Of a DNA stretch of 64,000 nt, positions 29,041 to 37,843 are shown one piece after another. The first letter of the stretch is position 1. Every line of letters starts with the position of its first letter. The DNA lies in the IMG/VR virus record IMGVR_UViG_3300047323_000304, positions 32,001-96,000 of that record; one strand, 5' to 3'. The notes below the pieces were generated by a model that was given only the letters and a program-made list of their open reading frames with translations, did not search any database and had not been told where the DNA came from. Made by a program: the position numbers and the translations under genes. Origin of the DNA: a virus.

Positions 29041-29877
29041 GTGATTTTATTGAATACCATAAAACAATTTCAGGAGTTTTTATTAGAAAAAGATAAGAGT
29101 TCCAAAACAATTGAAGCCTATGTCAGAGATATTTATCAATTTTACAAATATTTAAGAACTAATAATATTAAAGAAATTCATAATGATACTTTGAAAAGCT
29201 ACAAGAACTATTTATTACATGAACGATTTCTTACTGCTACTACTGTTAATAGAAAATTAGTTGCATTACATCAATATTTATCTTTTAATGAAATTTCAGC
29301 CACAACTAATATTGTAAAAATTCAATCTCAAAACTTTTTAGAAAATGTATTAGATAAATCCGAAGTAGATAGAATGGTAGACATAGCTAAAAGTAAAAAA
29401 GATTTAAGAGCAGTTGCTTTATTTAAAACATTATCTAATACAGGAATGAGAATATCTGAAGCACTATCCTTAACTATTAATGATATACATAAAGATTCTG
29501 TAGAAATAATTGGTAAGGGAAATAAAAGAAGAATGGTATTTGTACCAAAATCATTAAATAAGATTTGGTTACAATATTGTAGAACTGGAAGGTATAAAAC
29601 TACATTAGACTATTTATTTGTAACTCAAAAAGGTAAAATGACAAGAGAAACGGCAGATAAAATAGTAAAAAAGTATGGTGATTTGTGTAATATACCTATA
29701 GAAAAATGCCATTGTCACAGTTTTAGACATATGTATTGTAAGCGTCTAGGTGATAATCCCAATATAACAATTGATATTATAGCTGATTTAGCTGGACATC
29801 AAGATATTTCTGTTACACGTAGATATTTAAGAAAGAGTAAAAGTGAATTACTTAGTATTATAGAAGATTTAGATTAA
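29041..29877 (+). CDS. Tyrosine recombinase (XerC/D / TnpI-like resolvase)
   Basis: NTGMRISE, GKGNK, HSFRH, LAGH, TRRY catalytic set intact; likely true start TTG 29050 after GAGGTG. Confidence 0.92.
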   Translation: MILLNTIKQFQEFLLEKDKSSKTIEAYVRDIYQFYKYLRTNNIKEIHNDTLKSYKNYLLHERFLTATTVNRKLVALHQYLSFNEISATTNIVKIQSQNFLENVLDKSEVDRMVDIAKSKKDLRAVALFKTLSNTGMRISEALSLTINDIHKDSVEIIGKGNKRRMVFVPKSLNKIWLQYCRTGRYKTTLDYLFVTQKGKMTRETADKIVKKYGDLCNIPIEKCHCHSFRHMYCKRLGDNPNITIDIIADLAGHQDISVTRRYLRKSKSELLSIIEDLD

Positions 29878-29902
29878 TTAAAATTGAATATATTAATTAC
29901 TG

Positions 29903-29930
29903 AAGGTTTGTAATTGTACAAGCCTTTTTT
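29903..29930 (+). terminator. Intrinsic terminator
   Basis: AAGGTTTGTA/TACAAGCCTT + T run. Confidence 0.6.
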
Positions 29931-29965
29931 GTTGCGTGAAAATATAATTTGAAAGGAATGAAAAA

Positions 29966-30079
29966 ATGGAAGATTTAAGACAAAAGAATGAAATCATAGT
30001 TGAGTTTACTGAAGATAACTTAGATAGATTTTTAAATGAATATTATAAAACTCATAGAAAAGGAGGGATTTATGAATGA
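29966..30079 (+). CDS. 37-aa ORF, possibly truncated remnant
   Basis: GAAAGGA RBS; MEDLRQKNEIIVEFTEDNLDRFLNEYYKTHRKGGIYE*; stop overlaps the HNH start. Confidence 0.45.
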   Translation: MEDLRQKNEIIVEFTEDNLDRFLNEYYKTHRKGGIYE

Positions 30080-31113
30080 CATTGAGAAGTAAATTAGAAG
30101 AAGTAAGAAAAGGATTTAAAAATATGGGATTAACTTTAATTGCTGATGAATATATAAATAATACTCAAAAGCTCTTATGTATTGATAAAGATGGTTATAA
30201 GTTAATATGTACAACAGTGAATTTAAATAGAAATACATATCCTTCACCATTTACTAGTAGCAATCCATATGTAATAAATAATATAAATAATTATTTAAAA
30301 TTATCTGGCAGAAACAAAGTTGTAAAATTACTCAGTGCGAATTATGCAAATGTAAATTCTAAATTGAAATTTATTTGTTTAATAGATGGCTATGAATTTG
30401 AAGCTACATGGAGAAGTTTTTATTATCAAAATAATGGATGCCCTAAATGTGGAACTACCCTAAAATTTACATTAGAATCAATAAAAAATGATATCAAAAA
30501 TATTAATTCACATATAAAAATTATATCAAATGAATATATAAATTCTGAAACAGATTTAGAGTGTTATTGTACTAAGCATGAGTCAATATTTTATAGTAAA
30601 TGGAGAGAACTAAAAAGAGGACATATTGGATGTAAAAAGTGTCAGCATGAAAAATTTAGTGAGAATACATATTTTAGAGGACTTCATCTATGTGGAGAAA
30701 AAAGCCCTTCGTGGAAAGGTGGTATATCGCCATTATCTAGTCACTTAAGAGATAAAATAAAACAATGGAAACAAGCCAGTTTAAAAAAATATGATTATAA
30801 GTGTGATATAACAGGTAGTAATAAAAACTTGATAATTCATCATTTACATAATTTCAGTGATATATTACGAGAAACAATGGAAATTTTAGAATTGCCAATC
30901 TATCAAGAAGTTAATAAATATACTGATGAAGAATTAAAACTAATAGAAGATACATGTTTAGAACTACATTATAAGTATGGATTAGGTGTTTGTTTATGTG
31001 AAGAAATACATAATGAATTTCATAAAATATATGGAAAATATAATAATACAAAAGAACAATATGAGGAATTCAAAAAAGATGAATTAGAAGAAATGGAGGT
31101 AATAATTAAATGA
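30076..31113 (+). CDS. HNH homing-endonuclease-like protein with Zn-ribbon repeats
   Basis: CPKC, CKKC, SWKGG, C-terminal CDITG...IIHHL...GVCLCEEIHNEFHKIYG. Confidence 0.8.
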   Translation: MTLRSKLEEVRKGFKNMGLTLIADEYINNTQKLLCIDKDGYKLICTTVNLNRNTYPSPFTSSNPYVINNINNYLKLSGRNKVVKLLSANYANVNSKLKFICLIDGYEFEATWRSFYYQNNGCPKCGTTLKFTLESIKNDIKNINSHIKIISNEYINSETDLECYCTKHESIFYSKWRELKRGHIGCKKCQHEKFSENTYFRGLHLCGEKSPSWKGGISPLSSHLRDKIKQWKQASLKKYDYKCDITGSNKNLIIHHLHNFSDILRETMEILELPIYQEVNKYTDEELKLIEDTCLELHYKYGLGVCLCEEIHNEFHKIYGKYNNTKEQYEEFKKDELEEMEVIIK

Positions 31114-31694
31114 ATAATAATAAACAATTAAAATTAGTATGTGACGACTTTATATCTGTTAATCACTATATGAGTTATAGAGTGACTGGTAGAATTGTAA
31201 TGGCATATAAACCAAAAGAAACAAAAGACTTTGAAAAGAAGTTTGGTAAATATGTTAAAGAAGAAATGGACAAGCAAGGATGGTCTAAACCACCTTTAGG
31301 TAAATTCGTAAACCTTGATACTATATTTTACTTCCCTAGGATTGATATGGATGCACAGAATTATTTTAAATCTATATGTGACATAATGACTAATGTTGCC
31401 ACATATGAAGATGACAATATAGTTATGGAACGTGTAAATAGAATATATTATGATTCTAAGAAACCTAGAATTGAGTTAGTTTTAACCTTATCAGAATATG
31501 TTGGTATATTTGATAACGATAATGACTACGAAGAATTTAAATCTAAGTGTGATAATTGCTCTAGATTTAAAGAAGGAAAATGTAGTATACATAAAAAAGC
31601 TTTAGAATCAAGAATACAAGATGAAATTGTATTTATTGATAATAAATGGAACTGTGAGAAATTCACTGAAAAGAAGGTGAAGAAATCTAAATAA
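31110..31694 (+). CDS. rusA: RusA-family Holliday junction resolvase
   Basis: ISVNHYM...FYFPRIDMDAQNYFKSICD...EDDN...KPRIEL. Confidence 0.75.
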   Translation: MNNNKQLKLVCDDFISVNHYMSYRVTGRIVMAYKPKETKDFEKKFGKYVKEEMDKQGWSKPPLGKFVNLDTIFYFPRIDMDAQNYFKSICDIMTNVATYEDDNIVMERVNRIYYDSKKPRIELVLTLSEYVGIFDNDNDYEEFKSKCDNCSRFKEGKCSIHKKALESRIQDEIVFIDNKWNCEKFTEKKVKKSK

Positions 31695-31751
31695 TAGATG
31701 AGATCAATAAAAATAAAATAAATTAAAACAACTTAGAAAGGATGCGATTTA

Positions 31752-32768
31752 ATGTCAAGAAAAACATTTAGAAAAGTGATTACTTCAGACGAATATATAG
31801 AGCAAATAAATCCTAAAAATAAAAAACTTATGGAGAGATTTTTAAAAAATAAGAATGCAAAATGTAGTGATTTAACAATTAAAAATTACAAAAGTGATTT
31901 AAATATATTCTTTTGTTATAACCTAGTAAATAATGATAACAAACATTTTATAGACTTAAAGAAAATAGAATTATCAGAGTTTTTCGATTATGGATTACTA
32001 GATTTAAAATGGAGTGGAAATAGATATTCAAGAATGAGGAGTTTAATTTCAAGTTTTTCCGATTTTATAATTGATTTTCTGGACGAAGAATTCCCTGAAT
32101 TTAAAAATCTTGTAAATAAAGCTGTATCAAAAGTACCTAAAGTTCCAGTAAGAAAGAAAACTATTATAACTCCTGAACAAGTGTATGCATTAAAAGATAA
32201 ATTAATATCAGAAGGAAAAATACAACAAGCAACATTTTTAATGATTTTAGCAAGTTCAGGCTCAAGGGTGAGTGAAAGTTTGCGTATAGATGTGAATTTA
32301 ATTGATGAAAATGTAACTGCATTTGGAGATTTGTTTTTAGAAACTACAGAAGAGATTAAAACCAAAGGACATGGGAAAACTGGTTATATGATGACTAGAT
32401 TCTTAATAAAAGATGTATTTTTGCCTATGTACAAACAATGGATACCTATAAGAGAAGAAGTCTTAAAGAAAAATAATAAAGAACATAATTCAATGTTTAT
32501 AAAAAGTAATGGAGACCCTATTACTGTAGCTGGTGTTAATGGTTGGATTAAAAGTTGGGAAAAGTTTTTAGGTGTCAATGCATACGCACATATGTTCAGA
32601 CATTTTGTGGTTTCAGATCTTACGAGAAAAGGGTGTAGTTCCGATTTTGTGGTTGCAGTTATGAAATGGAAGACGGCATCAATGTATTCCGTTTACAATG
32701 ATATTGAAGATAAGGATAGAACATGGAAAGAAGTTGATAAATTAAAAGATGTATTTAAGACTGAATAA
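31752..32768 (+). CDS. Tyrosine recombinase/integrase
   Basis: SSGSRVSE, KTKGHG, HMFRH, MKW, YSVY. Confidence 0.88.
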   Translation: MSRKTFRKVITSDEYIEQINPKNKKLMERFLKNKNAKCSDLTIKNYKSDLNIFFCYNLVNNDNKHFIDLKKIELSEFFDYGLLDLKWSGNRYSRMRSLISSFSDFIIDFLDEEFPEFKNLVNKAVSKVPKVPVRKKTIITPEQVYALKDKLISEGKIQQATFLMILASSGSRVSESLRIDVNLIDENVTAFGDLFLETTEEIKTKGHGKTGYMMTRFLIKDVFLPMYKQWIPIREEVLKKNNKEHNSMFIKSNGDPITVAGVNGWIKSWEKFLGVNAYAHMFRHFVVSDLTRKGCSSDFVVAVMKWKTASMYSVYNDIEDKDRTWKEVDKLKDVFKTE

Positions 32769-33078
32769 AATTGACTTTTTATCAACTTATATTGTATATT
32801 ATTCACTATTTTTTGCATAATATACAACCTAAAAACCCAATCTCATAGTCCAAGTATTCCGTCCAATAATAAAACCTATCCTAAAAAGACTATGAGATTA
32901 ATCCATGAACAGATAATTAAATAAATATAAAGGTAAAATATTGTAGAACAATTACTATCCTAAATAACCAAACTAATATTCAGTATAATAACCATTCTAC
33001 AATTATTATTATGTCTTAAATATCAAAAAAATATGCATAGTTAAAATACTTAAAATTAAAAGAAAGGATGTGCTTTAA

Positions 33079-33285
33079 ATGAATGATTCAACAAGTAAAA
33101 TGATAGAAATGTTACAAGACCAAATAGGAAAAAGAGATGAGGTAATCAAGTCATTAAAGAGAGAAAATGAAGTGCAATCCATTGTAATTAAATCTAACAA
33201 GAAAAAATATAAAGGAATTATATTTGTATTATCTATCTTGACTTTAATATCTTCCGCAATAACTATATATAATATATTACTTTAG
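33079..33285 (+). CDS. Coiled-coil protein with C-terminal membrane anchor
   Basis: AAGGA RBS; terminal hydrophobic GIIFVLSILTLISSAITIYNILL. Confidence 0.6.
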   Translation: MNDSTSKMIEMLQDQIGKRDEVIKSLKRENEVQSIVIKSNKKKYKGIIFVLSILTLISSAITIYNILL

Positions 33286-33355
33286 ATTTTAATTATAAAA
33301 ATTATGAAAGGACAGTGATTATCAAAAATATAAACAAGCGAAAGGAGTTTTTATT

Positions 33356-33670
33356 ATGCCAATATCTACTATGACCGAAGTAATTACAAATTTAGGATTC
33401 CCAATAGGATTAGTATTAATATTCTTAGTATTAATGGTAAGATATATAAATAAAAAAGATAAACTTACAAGAGAAGATACCAAGGAGCAAATAGGTATTT
33501 TAAGACAAGAAAATAAAGAAGATAAAGATATATTTAATAAAACTGTATGTTCTTTTAACAAAGCAATATCTGAATTTCAAGCAGTGAATAATAATATGTC
33601 ATCTATAGAGTGTAAGCTGAATACTATTGAGCAAGACATAACAGTAATTAAAACAAAAATGGACAAATAA
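33356..33670 (+). CDS. Small membrane protein, BhlA/UviB/YvrJ-like holin-type
   Basis: ITNLGFPIGLVLIFL N-terminal TM followed by coiled coil. Confidence 0.55.
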   Translation: MPISTMTEVITNLGFPIGLVLIFLVLMVRYINKKDKLTREDTKEQIGILRQENKEDKDIFNKTVCSFNKAISEFQAVNNNMSSIECKLNTIEQDITVIKTKMDK

Positions 33671-33760
33671 AAAGAATAGTTAATTTTCATAACTACTCTT
33701 TAAGTACCATCAAGAAATAAATAGTTACATATGGTAAAACAATACTGTTTATCTCTTATC
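33671..33760 (-). ncRNA. Putative ~90-nt small RNA convergent on the holin-like gene
   Basis: TTGACA(33792-33787)-16-TATAAT(33770-33765); terminator 33701-33671 has G.U and U tract on this strand. Confidence 0.45.
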
Positions 33761-33797
33761 TATAATTATACACTTTTAAAAATATATGTCAATACTT

Positions 33798-33865
33798 AAA
33801 TGAGGGACTATTAATAAATTTATTACACTATAATGTGTTTTATTTTTATTAATAGTCCCTCATTT
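33798..33865. repeat. Perfect 21-bp inverted repeat (terminator/processing hairpin at end of early operon)
   Basis: AAATGAGGGACTATTAATAAA ... TTTATTAATAGTCCCTCATTT. Confidence 0.8.
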
Positions 33866-33873
33866 TTTCGATT

Positions 33874-34050
33874 TTATTTTTCTAGTAATTCAATTAATTT
33901 CTTATGACATATATCAAATGCTTGCCTTTCTCCTAAATCTACAAGATCATTTGGGTGTTTGTTATAAGATTCATTAGATTTATTTCTTAATTGTTCAATT
34001 TCATCTAATAAATCCCATAAATCACTTCTTAACTGTTGGTAATCATCCAT
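33874..34050 (-). CDS. 58-aa hypothetical protein (below ORF-track cutoff)
   Basis: AAGGAG RBS; MDDYQQLRSDLWDLL...ELLEK*. Confidence 0.55.
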   Translation of the reverse strand: MDDYQQLRSDLWDLLDEIEQLRNKSNESYNKHPNDLVDLGERQAFDICHKKLIELLEK

Positions 34051-34108
34051 AAATTAATCTCCTTTATATTTTATTAATAATTGTTAAACTTATCCTTTTA
34101 CAAAGACT

Positions 34109-34603
34109 TTATTTTTTAACTAGATCCATAAATTCATATTTTCCATAATCTGATTCTAATATTTGACTCCAGTAATCAATATCCCATTCATCTGTATTAA
34201 ATTTAAAATGTGTATCGGCTTCATATTCTTTGAAATTGACAGTTAAATATATCTTTTTGCAATGTGGTAAAAATTGTTGATATATGAATCCTCCACCTAT
34301 AACAAATACTTCTTCTTCAGAATCTTTATACTCATCAATTAATTCCTCTAAGTTATCTTTAAATATTAATGATTGTGTAGGACTAAATGTTTGAATTGTA
34401 TTCGAATTAGTTGTAAGAACTATATTATGCCTATTTGGCAAAGCACCATTCGGTAATGATTCAAAAGTCTTTCTACCCATAATGATTTTATGTCCTGTAG
34501 TCAATTCTTTAAATCGCCTCATATCTTCTTTAATATGAAATAGTAATTTATTATTATATCCTATTCCACCATTTATATCACTTGCTACTATTATTGATAA
34601 CAT
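34109..34603 (-). CDS. dfrA: Dihydrofolate reductase
   Basis: IGYNNKLLFHIKEDMRRFKELT.GH.IIMGRKTFESLP...LPNR.NIVLT; VIGGG.IY. Confidence 0.97.
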   Translation of the reverse strand: MLSIIVASDINGGIGYNNKLLFHIKEDMRRFKELTTGHKIIMGRKTFESLPNGALPNRHNIVLTTNSNTIQTFSPTQSLIFKDNLEELIDEYKDSEEEVFVIGGGFIYQQFLPHCKKIYLTVNFKEYEADTHFKFNTDEWDIDYWSQILESDYGKYEFMDLVKK

Positions 34604-35484
34604 TAAACACTTACCTCCATTTGTAATTTTCCCATATGTTTATAATCTTCTAGTTCGATATCATCTATGGTAAAGTCATAAAAATCTTTTATATTAGAAT
34701 TTAGTTTTAATTTTGGATTAGAAGAACATATATCCTGTATCTTATTATAATCTTCATGTGTAATATTTTTATGGAATTCTTTGAAAGTATCATAATTATA
34801 AATTGAATGAACTAATTTATCGTATCTGTCCAATTGTTCTTTCATTGCATCAAAATGATTTTCATATATATGAGCATTATTTATAATATGAGTTAATCTT
34901 CCTACTTTTAATCCAGTAGCTTGAGCAATCAAATGTGTTAAAACTGCATATTGAGTTGTATTGAATGGAACTCCTAATCCTACATCCCCAGAACGTTGAA
35001 CTAGCATACAATTTAATTCACCATCAGTAACATCCCACATACTAAGAAAGCAACAAGGTGCTAAATTCATTTCAGGTAAGTCTTGCCAATTCCAAAGATT
35101 AATCATCATTCTTCTATCTTGAGGATTTTCTTTAAGCATTTTAATTAAGTTATCAATTTGATGATATTGTTTTACCTGATATCCATAAGCCTTGCCAATT
35201 GTACCATCTTCTCCTTCCCATTCGTTCCAAACATTACAACCAACATCTTTTAAATCTTGCACTACATTAGATTGTTTTTGCATGATCCATAATATTTCTT
35301 TAACTGCCGTTTTAAAAAATACTTGCTTGGTTTTTAAAATTGGGAATTCTCTTTGTAAATCTACTGTTATAGATTGATGTGATAATTTTTTAGTTGGCAT
35401 ACCTGTTCTATTATTATCATAATAACCTACATCCATTATATTTCTAACTAAATTCATATATTGTAATTCATAATTGCTTATCAT
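34603..35484 (-). CDS. thyA: Thymidylate synthase
   Basis: [39 protein letters not shown]. Confidence 0.97.
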   Translation of the reverse strand: MISNYELQYMNLVRNIMDVGYYDNNRTGMPTKKLSHQSITVDLQREFPILKTKQVFFKTAVKEILWIMQKQSNVVQDLKDVGCNVWNEWEGEDGTIGKAYGYQVKQYHQIDNLIKMLKENPQDRRMMINLWNWQDLPEMNLAPCCFLSMWDVTDGELNCMLVQRSGDVGLGVPFNTTQYAVLTHLIAQATGLKVGRLTHIINNAHIYENHFDAMKEQLDRYDKLVHSIYNYDTFKEFHKNITHEDYNKIQDICSSNPKLKLNSNIKDFYDFTIDDIELEDYKHMGKLQMEVSV

Positions 35485-35513
35485 ATTTTCATTCTCCTTA
35501 TATCCTTTTTATT

Positions 35514-35873
35514 TTATCTTATACTAAATTTTTGTCCAGCAAATTCAAAATCACTTTCTACATTTTTATAAGCTTCAATATAACTATCCATTATTTTATC
35601 ATTATTTAAAAAATCTATATATTCATCAGATGAATTATTATTTATAAATTCTTTTTTATCAGTTTGATTATCTATCATATTATGTAATTCATTTTTGTCA
35701 TTTATTAATTGTTCCTTTTCTATTTGCAATTGCTTATTATCAGCTTTTAGACATATATTTTCCATTCTAAGCTTATTTAATTCTTGTAACATATCCATAA
35801 ATGTTGGTTTTCCACCTTTTGATTGTAGTTCGTCCACTTCTTCTGCCTTTTCTATTTCACATACATTACTCAT
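35514..35873 (-). CDS. Hypothetical coiled-coil protein
   Basis: GGAG RBS; co-oriented in early operon. Confidence 0.55.
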   Translation of the reverse strand: MSNVCEIEKAEEVDELQSKGGKPTFMDMLQELNKLRMENICLKADNKQLQIEKEQLINDKNELHNMIDNQTDKKEFINNNSSDEYIDFLNNDKIMDSYIEAYKNVESDFEFAGQKFSIR

Positions 35874-35973
35874 TTAAATTCTCTCCCTCATATTTATATT
35901 TTGTTTCCCTTGATTACCATAATTTTATTATAGAACATACGTTTTATAGTGTCAAGTATTCTTTTTAATTTAT

Positions 35974-36237
35974 TTATGATTCACTATTTTTTCTATTTGA
36001 ATAACAATTTCTATCTTTTAATAAGCAATACTTATTTCTATAAAGGAAACTACATTTAGTTGGTTGTTGATTACATTTTACGAATCCATATTTTATAGTA
36101 GTAAAAAAATTAACTATGGGATTTCTTATACATCTATACCATAAATTGCTTACTGATGGACATTCTTTATCACACTTATAACAATAATCAAAATCATCGT
36201 GATGTTTGCAAAATACATGATTAAATTTTTGATTCAT
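35974..36237 (-). CDS. Cys-rich hypothetical protein
   Basis: GGAGG RBS; CKHHDDFDYCYKCDKEC. Confidence 0.55.
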   Translation of the reverse strand: MNQKFNHVFCKHHDDFDYCYKCDKECPSVSNLWYRCIRNPIVNFFTTIKYGFVKCNQQPTKCSFLYRNKYCLLKDRNCYSNRKNSES

Positions 36238-36413
36238 AATTTTACCTCCTAATAATGTTTTAAAATTTAAGATTTATTAACTTTTTATCTTTATTTCATC
36301 TATTTGCATCCATTGAAGAATGCTAATATTATTGCAAGAATTAATATATATCCTACTATTATGGCACTCAGAACCATAGACACCACCTCTTTTCTTAGTA
36401 AGATTTTTATATG

Positions 36414-37694
36414 TCAATTATAACTCACTTCCTTTCCTTCTTCTCTAATACAAACAAATGTAGGAAATTGTAATGATATTAATTTAGTTTTCTTATCCAT
36501 AGTTTCTTCTTTGTATTTAACTTCTAAAATTCTATCTATGTATTTATCACGATTTGTCCAATATTCTTGACGTTGTTCATCAGTGTATCCTGAACCAACA
36601 TTAACTTTATTTCCTTTGTAGTCTATTATGAAACTACCCAATACTCCTTTATATTTCCCATCACCCTCCTCGTATCCAATGATACTACAATCGGCAGTCA
36701 TAAATTTTTTAATCTTGAGAATACCATTATGCCTCTTATTTTTCCATTCACAATCTTTTATAGCCATTAAGCCTTCTTTATCTTCTGAAGTTGCTATTTC
36801 TAGGTATTCTGCAATTACATCAATGTTATCACCTTCATAATATATTTTAGGAATATCTAAATTTATCAATCCTTTTTCTAATGCTTCTTGTTTTAATTGT
36901 TTTAATAACTTAAGTCTTTCTTTATATTTTAATTTACTTTTTCCTTGATAAAATTCTTCTATCGGTATTAAATCAAATACTATGAAATCAATCATTGTTT
37001 TATCTTCTGCATCTGAATTTACTATTGAAGTAGTTAATCTAAAGTTCTCACCATTTGATAGATTATCTATATTTTTTCTAACTAATTCACCATTAAAATA
37101 ATATCCTTTGAAACTTAATTGTTCTAGTTGTTGAAGTATATGACCTAGATTTGATAATTCTTTGCCTTGTCTACTAAGCATAATTCCATTTACATCAGAA
37201 CAATTTATACCATTTAATTTATCTTCTAAACAAAACCAAGTACCTTGTTTTAATGGATATTTATGAATTGGATATGCTTGTTGAATATTAAATTCTGGTA
37301 TTAACCCTTTTATAGCTTTATTTATACTTTTTCCAGATATATTACACCTCAAGTCTTTGGTAAGTACATTGATCCATAACTCTTGTTCTTCATAAGATCT
37401 AATGCTCAAAAATATCAATACTCTGTTTCTAAGCACATCATTGATATTGCTTTCTGATAACTTATTCAACATATCAAATCCATTAGTCCAAGTTTTATCG
37501 TTATTGATTATAAAATCATGTAATAAGTTTCTTAATTTATTTTCACTAAATCCATATTGCAAATTATCGTCATATGTATATTTAAGGATATCTGTAAAAA
37601 CTTTATTATCAGCATTCTTTTTAATTATTGTTATCTTATCATTAGTTGATGATGTACCTCTTAAATCTTCAATTATTTTTATTACATTTTCCAT
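36414..37694 (-). CDS. lig: ATP-dependent DNA ligase
   Basis: EDKLNG (motif I Lys), FNGEL, FDLI, EGLM, LKIK, OB-fold VGSGY...LQFPTF..IR. Confidence 0.93.
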   Translation of the reverse strand: MENVIKIIEDLRGTSSTNDKITIIKKNADNKVFTDILKYTYDDNLQYGFSENKLRNLLHDFIINNDKTWTNGFDMLNKLSESNINDVLRNRVLIFLSIRSYEEQELWINVLTKDLRCNISGKSINKAIKGLIPEFNIQQAYPIHKYPLKQGTWFCLEDKLNGINCSDVNGIMLSRQGKELSNLGHILQQLEQLSFKGYYFNGELVRKNIDNLSNGENFRLTTSIVNSDAEDKTMIDFIVFDLIPIEEFYQGKSKLKYKERLKLLKQLKQEALEKGLINLDIPKIYYEGDNIDVIAEYLEIATSEDKEGLMAIKDCEWKNKRHNGILKIKKFMTADCSIIGYEEGDGKYKGVLGSFIIDYKGNKVNVGSGYTDEQRQEYWTNRDKYIDRILEVKYKEETMDKKTKLISLQFPTFVCIREEGKEVSYN

Positions 37695-37843
37695 TCTTCA
37701 TATCTCCTTTATTACTTATATTGTTTTTAATTTATTTACTATGTATATTTGTAATGGTTGTCCTATTCAGTATGACTTCTTCCTTACATCTATAATATTA
37801 CTACTTTTGGATTGATATGTCAATAATATTATCTTTAATTTAT

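Noticed and set aside
29041-29877. Shufflon invertase acting on the upstream fibre-like operon
   Set aside because: All upstream genes are co-oriented, with no inverted promoterless cassettes or repeated crossover sites within them
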